A stretch of DNA of 64,000 nt from the NCBI RefSeq assembly GCF_009914755.1, contig NC_060939.1; one strand, 5' to 3'. The notes beneath the pieces are model-generated. The model was not told the DNA's origin. It worked only from the letters and a program-made list of their open reading frames with translations, and did no database searches. Source of the stretch: the human T2T-CHM13v2.0 reference genome, Homo sapiens. The position numbers and the translations under genes were made by a program. Positions 1 to 29,664 of this stretch are shown here, in pieces; the stretch's first letter is position 1, and each line of letters starts with the position of its first letter.

Positions 1-3060
<3,060 letters not shown>

Positions 3061-3141
3061 GAGTGCTCTGATACCAAAGGGGTTGAATGAGAAAAAAAAA
3101 AAGTGCTCTGAAATTGACTCTGTTTACTTTACAGCAACTCA

Positions 3142-3522
<381 letters not shown>

Positions 3523-4555
3523 TTAATTAATTTACTATTTGGGATACGACTTGACTGCTGAAGGGATTTCTCTCTCAACCATTCAGTTTTTCTCAGCCTG
3601 CAACCAAAAGACAATTAAGAGGGTTTCTTACACTTGCAGGATATTGCAGATCCTGGACCCTGAATTTTTCTGTGATGTCTTCACCATTGTATGAGCTCAC
3701 TAGAAACACAGTCCCAGAGCCATTACCTTAAGAAGACAGTCATGAGCTGGCTTTTCACCATGAAATTGGCCTTATAACACCCCCCAGCTTTATGACTTTC
3801 AAATCAGGCTAAATCTTTTACCTTGTTCATTTCGAAACCTAACATCAGGCATTAGGAGTTCTTACCCAAAAACATGGGAGGAAACAGGCCCGTTGCCTAT
3901 TATAGCCTACAATTAGACCTAGTAGCTGAGGCATATTCTAATTGTTTAAAAGCAGTAGCAGCAGAAGCCTAGTGGTAGAAGCTTCATATGAGCTGGTTTT
4001 AGGAAATAAACTTAATTTCATGTCCCAAATGCTGTAGAAAGTCTACTAAATTCCAACCAAACTCAGCATTTTTCAGCAAGTAGACTAACATCTTATGAAA
4101 TTCTTCTCCTGTCTCTTTCTTCTCTCCATCTAAAATGCTGCAACCTGCTTATCCCTGCTATTCATTTACCTCTGCCTGACAATGGTGAAGATCACAGTTG
4201 TGTGAGTGTAGTATCAGAAGCTGGCTGGGTGCAGTGGCTCACGCCTGTAATCCCAACACATTGGGAGGCCAAGGCAGGCAAATCACTCGATGTCAGGAGT
4301 TCAAGACCAGCCTGGCCAACATGACAAAACCCTGTCTCTACTAAAAATACAAAAATTAGCCGGGTATGGTGGCATGCACCTGTAATCCCACCTACTTAGG
4401 AGGCTGAGGCGGGAAAATCACTTGAACTCGGGAGGCAGAGGTTTCAGTAAGCCAAGATTCACTGCACTCCAGCCTGGGCGACAGAGCAAGACTGTCTCAA
4501 AAAAGAAATAGTGGGCAGTGCATTCTGCTGTACTGTGGATCTGTCTCTTGCTTCA

Positions 4556-4857
<302 letters not shown>

Positions 4858-5290
4858 CAGTGTTTGGATGGACCAGACCCAGCCTCCCTATCTTCCAGCC
4901 TCTGACTCCTCTCCAATCTCCCCTCCACTTGCAACCTCCAGACCATCTTCTCTGCCACCTCCTGCTTCTGGGACCAGCCAACACCATTTTTGTGGTTAGC
5001 TCCTTTTCTGACCAACCATGAGCTCCTAGATTCATCAGAATTATTCTACCAAGGTGGAGACAGCTGTCAACCACCTGGTCAATTGGCATCTGCAGGCCTT
5101 CTACACCTACCTCTCTCTGGCCTTCTATTTCAACTGCAGACATGTGGCTCTGGAAAGCATGGGCCACTTTTTCTACAAATTGTCCAAGGAAAGGCACGAG
5201 GACACCAAGTGTCTCTTGAAGACGCAAAACCAGCATGGGAGCCACATTGTCTTCCAAGACATCCAGCAGCCATCTCAACATGAGTGGGGC

Positions 5291-5743
<453 letters not shown>

Positions 5744-6735
5744 AAGATGAATGGAGTAAAACCCTGGACACCATGGAGGCCACCACAGTCCTGGAGAAGA
5801 ACCTGATCCAGGCCCTTTTGGAGCTTCAGGCCCGGGGTTCTGCCTACACAGACCCCCATCTCTGTGACTTCCTAAAGAGCGTCTTCATAGATGAGGAAGT
5901 GAAACTCATTAAAAAGATGGGCAATCACCCGACCAACCTCTTCAGGCTGTCTGGCCCCCAGGCCGACTGGACCAGTGTCTCTTTGAAAGGCTCAACCTTA
6001 AGCACATCTAGGAGCCTACTGAACCCAGCAACTCCAGAAGGGCCCCTCTCAAAGCATCAGGGCTTCTGCCTGAGACTCTCCCTCCAGCCACTGGGCAGCT
6101 TTTTAACCACCCTAGAGCCCTCTCCATGCCTTGGACCAAATAGAAATAAAGCTTTTTGCAACAGCAAAAAAACAGGGAGGTGAGGGAGAAGAAAAGAAAA
6201 AACAAAAAAGTAATAGCAACGCCTCATGTTTACTCTGTTGGATAATCCAGAGTTAATACTTTTTGTTGATGAGTCCTACGCCAAAAATTTGGAAGGAAAA
6301 TAATAGGTAAGATGTGCCATTCCCACCCAAAATGAGTTACTAGAGAAGGGAGCTCTTCCTCAATTTAAGGCAGCTCAACCTAAGGAGATTTTGCTCTCAT
6401 CCAAGCTTGTTATATAGCTAATGACAAGTTGGTAAATATTTATGCGGATAATGTATATCTTTCTTGAGTAGTATGTGATTTTTTGCATGTTAAAGAAACA
6501 ATAAAGATTTCTCACTTCTAGTGGGAGCCCCATCAAAAATGGACTCCAATTAGATGAATTTTTTTCTGCTTTCCTGTTACTGTCACAGATTGCCATTATT
6601 AAGATTGAAGCCCATACTGTAAAACTAAACTGAATATCAAGGAACTGCCGTAGCAGATTTTAATGCTAAATCAGCTAGTGCTGAAACTGTTGGCATATAC
6701 AATTTGGATGAACTCCATAAGATTAATACGAGTCA

Positions 6736-7098
<363 letters not shown>

Positions 7099-7301
7099 TC
7101 ATCATGGAACAGAAAAAATGTTCCAGGCCAGGCACCGTGGCTCATGCCTGTAATCCCAGCACTTTGGGAGGCCGAGAAGGGTAGATGGCCTGAGGTCAGG
7201 AGTTCAAGACCAGCCTGGCGAACGTGGTGAAACCCCATCTCTACTAAAAATACAAAAATTAGCCAGGCACAATGGCACATGCCTGTAGTCCCAGCTACTC
7301 A

Positions 7302-7430
<129 letters not shown>

Positions 7431-8922
7431 TTATTAAAAAGTATGGGTGGGGCAACTATTCTAAAATTGCTAAAACACTGGTTTATAACCAATGTTTGGT
7501 TTATCAAACTCATAGTCCTGGGAAAACAATCAAAACTTCAGGGGGTATATTTCCACCACCTAATGCACCATTTGGAGATTTACAGATAGACTTCATTCAG
7601 TTGGCACCCTCAATGGGGTATCAGTATGTTCCTGTCATAGCTGTATGTTTTCAGGTTGGGTAGAGGCTTTTCCATGTAGGAAAGTCAAGTTGTGACAGTA
7701 GCTAAAAAATTATTAGAAAATCTGTTTTCTCTACAGGGCATCCCTGGAGAAGTCTGTAGCAATAGGAGACTTCATTTTACTGGGCAAGTTATAAAGCAGT
7801 TAAATAAGGTGTTACAGACACACTCCCATTGTTCCTATCACTCTCAGCCTCCTGGAAAGGTTGAAAGAACAAATGGCATCTTAAAACTTAAATTGGCAAA
7901 GTTAACTGAGTCAAATCGATTACCTTGCCCAAAGATACTATCATTAGCTTTAATGGCAATCAGATCCATTCCCACTGGAAAACATAAGTGGACCCCTGAT
8001 AAAGTAGTCACTAGAAGGCCCATAGCCCTAATAATAGAACTTTCTGCATCTCCTGCTCTCCTTAACTCTCATGTGACTAAATACTGCAAGGTTTTAATGC
8101 ATTATGCCAAAGTGTATTTTCAACAGGTAAAGACATTCTTACTGACCCATCAACTGAGGACAATCAAACCTTTCAAAGTCTCAAATCTAGAGATTGGGTC
8201 ATCTGGAAATGACATCAGAGGAAGACCCCCTGATCTTGTTGGAAGGAACTGTACAAATTTCTTCTCACCACCCACAATGCAGTGAAGCTTCAGGGCCTTG
8301 AATGTTATGTCACAGCTCAAAAGGGCCTGCTCAGATTCTTGGAACTGTACACTGGTTGGCAAGTTTAAGGTAAAGGTAACAAGAGAAATTTCTCCCCAGA
8401 AGCAGATGGCATACTAGACTTGGAAAGTTTTCCCAAAATTAGGCAGCAAAACTTCTCTGCCATCATGAAAGACTTATGCCTTTTTCTTTTTTCCTCATTT
8501 CCTCCTGTCCTAATATTTTCCTTTTTCCTACAGGAAAATCTGTAGGACCATAATCAAGCTTTAGCTCAAGCTAATGCCCTAGCACAAAACCAGAGCAATT
8601 GTTGGGTTTATGGGCTAATGGCAAAAAAATCAGAAAACAATTCAATTAACACTAATGCCTCTCTGTGTTCTCAATGAGAGCCACCTTAAAATGTTAAAGG
8701 AAGAGCAGAAAGCTATCCTTGATATTCTAAACATCATGGCTAATGGATTTCCTGCACTCGCTACAAACAACACTCTAACTTTTCCAATTAATAAGCTAAT
8801 AATTACTAAATATAGAAAACCCGCCTGAGGCCAGGCGCGGTGGCTCACACCTGTAATCCCAGCACTTTGGGAGGCCGAGGCGGGCGGATCATAAGGTCAG
8901 GAGATCGAGACCATCCTGGCTA

Positions 8923-9217
<295 letters not shown>

Positions 9218-9307
9218 TTAATTGTACTTACGTGTGTACAAGTAATTGCTTGTATAATGTTACTGGATTAAATCCAGTGGGATCCTTTTTTACTAAATGT
9301 GTTAATA

Positions 9308-9518
9308 CAGTAAGTCCTCACTTAACATTGTTGATAGGTTCTTGGAAACTGCAACTTTAAGCAAAATGCAATGTACAGCAGATACTCAAATAATGTCATT
9401 TTGTTCAGCCTCATTTCATTATAATGTTGATGAGAAAAAAATTGGTTTTCTTAGAGTCATTTTGCTTAAAGTTGCAGTTTCCAAGAACCTACCAATGATG
9501 TTAAATGAGGATTTACTG
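9308..9518. mobile_element. MER6B-like TcMar-Tigger MITE within the ERV env
   Basis: Long imperfect terminal inverted repeats (CAGTAAGTCCTCACTTAACA... / ...TGTTAAATGAGGATTTACTG) with TA on both sides (9306-9307, 9519-9520). Confidence 0.85.
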
Positions 9519-9710
9519 TACACCCTTACAGAATGTTATAAAGGGGTCACAAAAAAAGTGGATTTCCCACTGCACCTTGTTCAGAAGCTACGCAGATTTG
9601 TGGGTGAAGAAATTTAAGTGATGCTGCTCAAACACAACCAGGTGGCCCTCTTTGAAAACTCCTGAGGGCCTATATTGGGTCTGTGGAGCATCTCCTTATT
9701 TCATTCTGCC

Positions 9711-12040
<2,330 letters not shown>

Positions 12041-13546
12041 TGAAAGTCTCCATAATAGCTCCCACAATCAGAGGTCAAAATGTTCAATAACAAAAATTAG
12101 CACCAACTTTAAAATAGATAAAGATAAGCTAATTTCCAGTGAGGGAAGATTTTCATGGGGTTCCTGGGGGCCTACTCTTGGTGGTAGTGGGACACCAGTT
12201 GTATGAAATTTAATGCTAATCTATAAATTGGAAAAAATCTTGGATTTTGTAGCAAATCAGGTGTCCCAGGGTTATAAATGGGTAGAAGCCATCCTCCAAA
12301 AGGTGGACGATAACATACATATTCCACACAAACTTAATAGACTATCATCCAGCTTTAGACCTTCTTTCTGAAGGTCTATAAAGTTGGGGGCTTGTGTTTG
12401 GTATTAAAAAACTGAATGTCGGCCAGGCGTGATGTCAGGTTCCATCTCAGCTCACTGTGACCGCCTCCCGGGTTCAAGTGATTCTCCTGCCTCGGCCTCC
12501 TCAGTAGCTGGGATTACAGGCACGCACCACCACACCGGGCTAATTTTTTGTATTTTTAGTAGAAACAGGGTTTTACCATGTTAGCCAGGCTGGTCTCGAA
12601 CGCCCACCTCGGCTTTCCAAAGTGCTGGGATTACAGGTGTGAGCCACCGCGCCCGGCCGAAAACATCTTTTTTAAAAAAAAACAGGATCTCACTCTGTCA
12701 CCTAGGCTGAAGTACAGTGTCGTGACCAACGCTCACTGTAGTCTCAACTTCCTAGGCTCACGTGATCCTCCCACCTCAGCCTCACAAGTAGCTGGGACTA
12801 CAGGTGTGCACCACTATGCCCAGCTAATTTTTTAATTTTTTTTGTTGAGACGAGGTCTCACTATGTTGCCCAGGCTGGTCTTGAACTCTTGGGCTCAAGC
12901 AGTCCTCCCTACTTGGCCTCCTAAATTACTGAGTTTATAGGTGTGAGCCACTATACCCAGCCTCAAGCTTCTTTTTATATTGTGGGGTAAGGTCAGGAGT
13001 AACTGGTGACCACAGATATGTGGGCATCACCAGGGGTCCAAGAAGTTTGCAGAACTTCTTGTTCACAATCAGCTACTTGCCAGATGACATAAACCAGGCC
13101 ACCTTGTGCCTATAAATCTTTAACATAACATCGTTACTTGTATGCATGCTTCCTTGTCCCCTCAGGGATCTGTTTCAAAAAAGAAATAGTGGCCCAGAGC
13201 AACGGCTTGTGCTTGTAGTCCCAGCATTTCAGGAAGCCAAGGCAGGTGGATCACTTGCAGTCAGGAGTTGCAGACCAGCCTGGCCAACACAGCGAAACCC
13301 TGTCTCTACTCAAAATACAAAAATTAGCCAGGCATCCGGGAGTGGTGGCGCATGTCTGTAATCCCAGCAACTCAGGAAGCTGAGGCACAAGAATCACTTG
13401 AACCCAGGAGGTGAGGGTTGCAGCGAGTCAAGATTTCACCACTGCACTCCAGCCTGGGATAGAGCAAGACTTTGACTCAGAAAAAAAAAAAGAAAGAAAG
13501 AAAAAGGAAAAGTTTTTTAAAAAAAAGAAATAGTCATCATATCTAA

Positions 13547-13867
<321 letters not shown>

Positions 13868-14663
13868 TAAATTATTTTCATGATTATCTCGGCCTATGTG
13901 CAGGAATGAGCAAAGGCAGGTAGCTTGTGGGGTTAGAAGCAAGATGGAGATAGCTACCTTAGATTTCTCTGTTACAATATTATTTACTTGAAGCTCCAAT
14001 TAATTGGAGTCCTGTTTTGTTTTTGCTTCTGTTTTAGAGACAGGATCTCACTATGTTGCACAGGTTGGCCTTGAACTCCTGGCTTCAAGTGATCCTCCTA
14101 CTTCACACTCTAGTAGCTGGAATTACAGGCACATGACACCACACCTGGCTTGAAGTCCCGTTTTGTTTTGTTTGTTTTGTTTTGTTTTTTCAAGACAGGG
14201 TCCTGCTCTGTCAATCAGGCTGGAATCCAGTGGTACAAACACGGCTCACTGCAGCCTTGACCTTCCAAGTCACTGCAGCCTTGGCCTTCCAGGCTCAAGC
14301 AGTCCTTCCAAGTAGCTGTGACTACAGGTATACGCCACCACGCCCAGCTGTTTTTTTCCTTTTTTGCAGACACAAGGTCCCACTATGTTGCCTGGGCTGG
14401 TCTTGAACTCTTGGGCTCACCCTCCCACTTCGGCCTCCCAAAGTGCTGGGGCTATAGGTATGAGCCACTACACTTGGCAAAGTCCTGTACTTTTACTTGC
14501 TAAGTGGTTCATCCTCACACGGGGGGCAAAAATTGAGGAAAGGATTGCAAGACCTTGACTAGAGGATGCATCATCACATCAAAGAAGTCTATGAGAGGCC
14601 GAGGCCGGCAGATCACCTGAGGTCAGGAGATCGAGACCAACCTGGCCAACATGGTCTCTACTA

Positions 14664-14962
<299 letters not shown>

Positions 14963-16160
14963 CTAGGTACGTTTAGTTATCCTTCAAAAGGCAGCTCAAA
15001 TGTCACATCTTCGATGCTTAGCTAACTCTGCCCCAAGCCAAACAAACAGCTCCTCGCTTTGTGTTCTCCAAAGCTCAGTGTCCACGCTGTGAAGCCCGGG
15101 CAATCCAAACAGTGAGCCGTGGTTTATGGACCATCGAGGTGGTCGCTCTGCAGTTCTCTGAGCTCTCTGTGTGCAGAGCTCTCACTCTGTTCATCTTTGC
15201 AGCCACGGTGTCCGCCACGATGCCAGACTGCGGCCACAGAGGCTCTACAAATGTGTTGTTCAATGAACGAGGGAATAAAGAGTAACTGCTCCTGTTTTAG
15301 AAATGGAATAACCAAGGCCCGGAAGTATTAAATCTGATTCAACTTCCTTTTTTTTTTTTTGAGACGGAGTTTCGCTCTTGTTGCCCAGGCTGGAGTCCCA
15401 GTGGCGCCATCTCAGCTCGCCGCAACCTCCGCCTCCCGGGTTCAAGTGATTCTCCTGCCTCAGCCTCCCGAGCAGCTGGGATTACAGGCATGCACCACCA
15501 CGCCCGGCTAATTTTTTGTATTTTTAGTAGAGACGGGGTTTCTCCATGTTGGTCAGGCTGGTCTCGAACTCTTGACCTCAGGTGATCCGCCCGCCTCGGC
15601 CTCCCAAAAGTGCTGGGATTACAGATGTGAGCCACCGCACCCGGCCCAACTTTCAATTTATACTTTTTTTATGTTTCTATGGGTCTACCACAAACAAGGA
15701 AAATGAATGATGCTTCAGAAGTTGGAATGAGAGACCTCGCTGTACAGTGATTGGAAGAGATACCTGCTATGACAGACATTGAACACCATTCTTTCTGGCC
15801 TGGGGCCAACACGGCATCAAAGGTGGCAGGTTTCCCTCCTCCACCCAGCTTCTGCCTTGTATGGCGGTGGAACGAGCCTTGGATGGAAAAATCTCCAACT
15901 TCTATTCTAACTCTGTGACTGTGGGCAAGTCATTTTGCCTTGGTTTTCTCCTTTTTCAACTGCCAAGGATGATCTAAACTAAGTAATCCCTAAAGTGCCT
16001 TGAACTTGCTTCCCTATTCAACAGCACTCGTTGAGGTCCTTCTGTACAGATCTCTCTGCGGATACAAAACAAGACCTAGTCCCTGACCTTCAGGAACTCA
16101 CAGACTACTGGAAAGACAGAGAAGCAAAAAGCAAATGCCCTGAAGTGTGGCTGATACTTT

Positions 16161-16196
16161 GCGCACGCACGCACACACACACACACACACACACAC
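16161..16196. repeat. (CA)n microsatellite with CG lead-in
   Basis: gcgcacgcacgcacacacac... read directly. Confidence 0.95.
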
Positions 16197-16414
16197 AAAA
16201 GCAGTTATCACCATTTACTTTTCATTTACAATCACCATGTGCCAGTCACAGTCCCAATTCCCACTGCCACCTTGTGAAACAGTGTCATTTTAATCCTCAT
16301 TTAGGGAAGTGAAATGACTTCCTCAAGGTCACTCGGCTAGTAAGTGTCCAGAGCTGCTATTGAAATAAATCTGTCTGACTCAAGAACTAGCCCTCGGCTG
16401 GGCGCTATGGCTCA

Positions 16415-17128
<714 letters not shown>

Positions 17129-17295
17129 AAAACTAGGCCTGCCTGTAATCCCAGCACTTTGGGAGGCCTAGGTGAGCGGATCACCTGAGATCGGGAGTTC
17201 GAGCCCAGCCTGACAAACATGGAGAAAACCCATCTCTACTAAAAATACAAAATTAGCCAGATGTGGAAGCACATGCCTGTGATCCCAGCTACTCA

Positions 17296-17876
<581 letters not shown>

Positions 17877-17916
17877 TAAATAAGAATTGGTATTGGTATC
17901 AAATATAGGGTTTACT

Positions 17917-17947
<31 letters not shown>

Positions 17948-17967
17948 GTTTTGTTTTGTTTTGTTTT
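17917..17967. repeat. (TTTTG)n pentanucleotide repeat, the tail of a minus-strand Alu monomer
   Basis: Tandem TTTTG units read directly. Confidence 0.95.
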
Positions 17968-18284
17968 CAGTAGAGCCGAGGTCTTGCTATGTTGCCCAGA
18001 TTGGTCTTGAATTCCTGGCCTCAAGCAATCCTCCCACCTTGGCCTCCCAAAGTGCTGGGATTACAGGCCATTTTATTCTATGTAGAGCACTGTTCCAAAT
18101 GCCTCAAATATATTATGCATTTAATCCTCACCAAAACCTTATGATTATACCCATTCTACAGATGAGGAAAATAAAATATAGAGAGTAAATTTCCAACATC
18201 ACACAGCCTACTGCCTAACTGGAATTTGAACCAGAGGGCCTGGCTTCAGAACCTGTACTCCAATCCATTCTGCTATACTGTCAA

Positions 18285-19233
<949 letters not shown>

Positions 19234-19809
19234 TTGGACAAGTGAGGTGGCGCACACCTGTAATCCCAGAACTTTGGGAGGCCAAGGCGGGCAGATCACC
19301 TGAGGCCAGGAGTTTGAGACCAGCTTGGCCAACACGGTGAAACCCCGTCTCTACTAAAAATACAAAAATTACCTGGATGTGGTGGCGCATGCCTGTAGTC
19401 CCAGCTACTCAGGAGGCTGAGGCAGGAGAGTCACTTGAACCTGGGAGGTGGAGGTTGCGTGAGCGGAGATCACGCCACTGCACTCCAGCCTGGGCAACAG
19501 AGCAAGACTCTGTCTCAAAAAAGTAAATAAATAAAAATAAAAATAGGCCGGGCACAGTGGCTCACGCCTGCAGTCCCAGCACTTTGGGAGGCCAAGGCGG
19601 GCGGATCACGAAGTCAGGAGATCGAGACTATCCCGACCAACATGGTGAAACCCTATCTCTACTAACAATACAAAAATTAGCCTGGTGTGGTGGTGCATGC
19701 TGGTAATCCCAGCTACTCAGGAGGCTGAGGCACAAGAATCGCTTGACCCCAGGAGCTGAGATCACGCCACTGCAGTCCAGCCTAGCAACAGAGTAAATAA
19801 ATAAATAAA

Positions 19810-20674
19810 TAAATATAATAATAATATATTATTATATGTAATATAATAATATATTATTATATATTATATTATATGTAATATATTATATTATATATTATAT
19901 TATATGTGATATATTATATTATATATTATATTATATGTGATATATTATATTATTATATATTATATGTGATATATTATATTATTATATATTATATTATATG
20001 TGATATATTATATTATTATATATTATATTATATGATATATTATATTATTATATATTATATTATATGTGATATATTATATTATTATATATTATATTATATG
20101 TGATATATATTATTATATATTATATGTAATATATTATATTATATGTAATATATTATATTATATTATATGTAATATATTATGTTATATTATATGTAATATA
20201 TATAATATATATTTTATCATATATTTTATCATATAGTATATTTTATCATATATTTTATCATATTTCATCATATAACATATTTTATTATATATAATGTCAT
20301 AATATATTTTATTATATATGTCATAATATATTTTATTACATATAATGTCACAATATATTTTATTACATATAATGTCACAATATATTTTATTACATATAAT
20401 GTCACAATATATTTTATTACATATAATGTCACAATATATTTTATTATATATAATGTCACAATATATTTTATTATATATAATGTCACAATATATTTTATTA
20501 TATATAATGTCATAATATATTTTATTATATATAATGTCAATATATTTTATTATATATAATGTCACAATATATTTTATTATATATAATGTCATAAGATATT
20601 ATATATAATGTCATATTTTATTATATATGTCATAATATATTTTATTATATATAATGTCATAATATATTATTCTT
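19810..20674. repeat. Two-part AT-rich minisatellite (~34-bp and 27-bp units)
   Basis: Left part is TATATTATATTATTATATATTATATTATATGTGA-like. Right part has the 27-bp unit CAATATATTTTATTACATATAATGTCA, matching the 9-aa period in the spurious ORFs. Confidence 0.95.
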
Positions 20675-20737
20675 CCATGTATATGTTGTTTTACGCAAAA
20701 AGCAGAGGAAAAATATATTTTGTATTGATTTGTATAG

Positions 20738-22725
<1,988 letters not shown>

Positions 22726-23165
22726 TAATTTCTTTATTTTTAGTTTTGAAGAGACAGGGTCTCACTAGGTTGCCCAGGCTGGTCTTGAACTCCTGGCCTC
22801 AAGTGATCCTTCTGCCTCAGCCTCCCAAAGTGCTGGGTTTACAGGTGGGAGCCACTACACCTGGCCGCCTTTTGTATTTTTTAAAGCTTGAAGCACATAT
22901 GTGTATTACTTATTAAAAATTTAACAAAGAATTTTAAAAAGAGAAAGAAAGGCCTTTTAGAGGATAGGTCATTTTAGGACTCCCTGGTTCCAAGATATAA
23001 CTCAATTGTCCTGTAATGAGATAGATACTTCCTGAATCTATTGGGGTTTAAGATTAAAAAAAAAAAAAAAAAAGACGTTCTCTTATTCAGACCCATTTAT
23101 ATAGTTCTCATTGCCTTTTCTCATTATGCTCCTGAGGCTCATTTGAAGCTAACACTCAAGCACCA

Positions 23166-23387
23166 GTGACATCTGGTAACATGGGTAACCCTGGGCAACC
23201 AGCTTCTCTCATAGTTGTCATAGCAACAATGATGTTCTGACAGCTGAGTTTTCATCGTGAAGTAATTATCAAGCTTTGGGGAGGGCTCCTCCATGTTTGC
23301 AGTTGTTTACGTCAATGAGGTTTATGAATGAACCTCAATTAGATGCAATTTTGATTGAAGTGTTAAGAGAGGCTGTGAATTGAGTCA
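23166..23387. promoter_or_regulatory. Candidate enhancer: RFX X-box cluster with FOX/CRE-like and AP-1 motifs
   Basis: GTAACCCTGGGCAAC at 23185-23199, GTTGTCATAGCAAC at 23214-23227, TGTTTACGTCA at 23304-23314 and TGAGTCA at 23381-23387, in sequence I do not recognise as a repeat. Confidence 0.55.
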
Positions 23388-23474
23388 GATTTACATATCC
23401 TTCCACCCAGCCTGGCAAATCTGGTGAATTGTAGGCCTGGTGCAATTCAGAGAGGGGGTGTGACTTGCACTTCA

Positions 23475-24220
<746 letters not shown>

Positions 24221-24621
24221 TCAACCCAGCATATAAAACAAAAGTTCTGATTTGTCAAAACTTTGTAAAACCCATATGTCTATATAATTAGCCCCATTTC
24301 ACACTGGCGAAACCTCGGGTTTAGACTGCTCAGACTCTTTCCGCTGGACAGCAGTGAAGTCAGGACTCACAGCCACATCTCAGCTTCTTCCACTTCTGCC
24401 ACCTGCTCAGAGCCAGGAATAAATATTTCTTTGGGTTATCTGGAAAGTGACACTGAGCCTTTCTTACGTCCACAAGCCTTTGTTAAAAGAACAAGTGCTT
24501 CTGCATCTATCAGCCAAAGTCAGTAGAAGTGGCTTGGTTCTGGCAGCCAAGAACCCAGCTTGTTGGTGACAAGCTCCTGGTGACACATATGAACTCTTAA
24601 CCTCTGATTTGAGTGAGGAAT

Positions 24622-25940
<1,319 letters not shown>

Positions 25941-26029
25941 TACACACACACACACACACACACAAACCACAAAGAACGAAAGAAAAAACAGTGTAAAAAA
26001 ATGTAAAATTTTTTTAAGAGAAAATCTAG

Positions 26030-26235
26030 CGTGTATATATTTTATATAATATTTTTGTTTAACTATATATACAGACATATATATGTTACATGTGTGTATT
26101 ACATATATACATATGTTATATGTGTGTGTTACATATATACATATGTTATATGTGTGTGTTACATATATACATATATATGTTATGTGTGTGTTACATATAT
26201 ACATATATATGTTATATGTGTGTATTATACATATT
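26030..26235. repeat. Purine/pyrimidine-alternating minisatellite with a ~30-bp unit
   Basis: ACATATATACATATGTTATATGTGTGTGTT repeated about five times. Confidence 0.92.
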
Positions 26236-26549
26236 TTGGGGGCAAGGGGGTCTCGCTCTGTTGCCCAGGCTGAAGCACAGGGGTGCAATCATGGCTCACT
26301 GCAGCCTCAACCTCCCTGACTCACTTAATCCTACTGCCTTAGCCTCCCAAGTATCTGGGACTACAGGCACACACCACTGCACCCAGCTAATTTTTGTTTA
26401 TTTTTTTTTTGGTAGAGACGGGGTCTCACTATGTTTCCCAGATTGGTCTCAACTCCTGGCTCAAGCAATCCTCCTGCCTCTGCCTCCCGAAGGCTGGGAT
26501 TACAGGGGTAAGCCACTATACTCGGCTGCAAATATATATATATTTTTGA

Positions 26550-26657
<108 letters not shown>

Positions 26658-27659
26658 TAGCTGGGACTACAGGCTTGCACCACGACGCCCGACTAATTTT
26701 TGTATTTTTAGTAGAGACAGGGTTTCACCATGTTGGCCAGGATCGTCTCGATCTCTTGATCTCATGATCCGCCCGCCTCGGCGTCCCAAAGTGCTGGGAT
26801 TACAGGCGCGAGCCACCGCACCCAGCAAGCTGCCAATATTTTTTAATTAAAGCTTTATTGGTAGCTTAAAGGTTTGTACACCTAGGCCAATGTACTATCG
26901 TTAGATTCAGGATAGACAAGAGTTAGGAAAAGGGAGATTATGAAAGAAGTGGGAAAGGAAACTGCAACTTTATCGCAGGAGAGTTCCCAAGGCAGATCAA
27001 TTTTAGAAAAGAGTGCATATAAATATAGGAGATTTGGGCCAGGCGCTGTGGCTTATGCCTGTAATCCCAGCACTTTGGGAGGCTGAGGCAGGCAATTCAC
27101 ATAAAGCCAGGAGTTCGAGACCAGCCTGGCCAACGTGGCAAAACCCCGTCTCCACTAAAAATACAAAAAAAATTAGCCAGGTGTGGTGGTGGACACCTGT
27201 AATCCCAGCTACTCAGGAGGCTGAGGCAAGAGAATCACTTGAATCTGGGAGGTGGAGGTTGTAGTGAGCCAAGATCACGCCACCACACTACACCCTAGGT
27301 GACAGCAAGACTGTCTCAAAAAAAAAAAAAGGAGATTTGGAAATGTATTTCCTTAAAACAAATCCACATACACCTTGCAGAATGCATACACATAAATACT
27401 CCAATTTGAAGATGCTGATCTAAAACATTCTAAGGTCTATCTGAAAGAACTTAGAAATTCATTAATCTTAAATTTTATTTAGTATGTACCTCAGAATAAC
27501 TAAGGTAACCACCAAAAGAATAGATATTCTTATAGAGACATAGAATAGTTATTCTAAGAAGAAAAAACTAGAAGAAGAGGAAAAACAAAACCATTAATCA
27601 GCCAAGAGGTAGGTGGTGGTGGAAGAGAAGAGCAAACAGAAAAAGCAGAAGAAATACAA

Positions 27660-29300
<1,641 letters not shown>

Positions 29301-29664
29301 CAAGGTGCCTGGAAGGGTCTACTTCTCATCCCTCTTGCCTCCTCACTTCTCCCTGAATCTCCCACCTTATTCACACTCCTTCCTCCTCCGATTTCATGTA
29401 CTTCCTGAGTTTTTCCCATGTGCCAGGCACTACCCAGGCACTACCACCTCCCCCGCCATCTTCATCATCAATTCTCTGCAATTGTTCAGATTTCTCTTCT
29501 GCATGTGATGGTAACTCCTGGGGTATTCAGTACCCAACATAACCCCCTTTGCACTCATTCATTCAACAGTAACAAACACCTGTTGACTCTCAGCTCTATA
29601 CCAAGGTGGGCTGGATGCTAGGAACATGGAGACCAAGAACAAAAGCCCCGTTATTGCCCTAGAG

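Noticed and set aside
7692-8285. 197-aa integrase ORF as a possible domesticated gene
   Set aside because: It has a non-ATG start, the first catalytic Asp (LQIDF) is in another frame, the second is altered (SNRR where SDRG is expected), and the C-terminus appears frameshifted. This is a decayed ERV.
19906-20592. Ile/Tyr-repeat ORFs or a CRISPR-like array
   Set aside because: This is a tandem AT-rich minisatellite with no unique spacers and no cas genes, in primate DNA. The same applies to 26030-26235.
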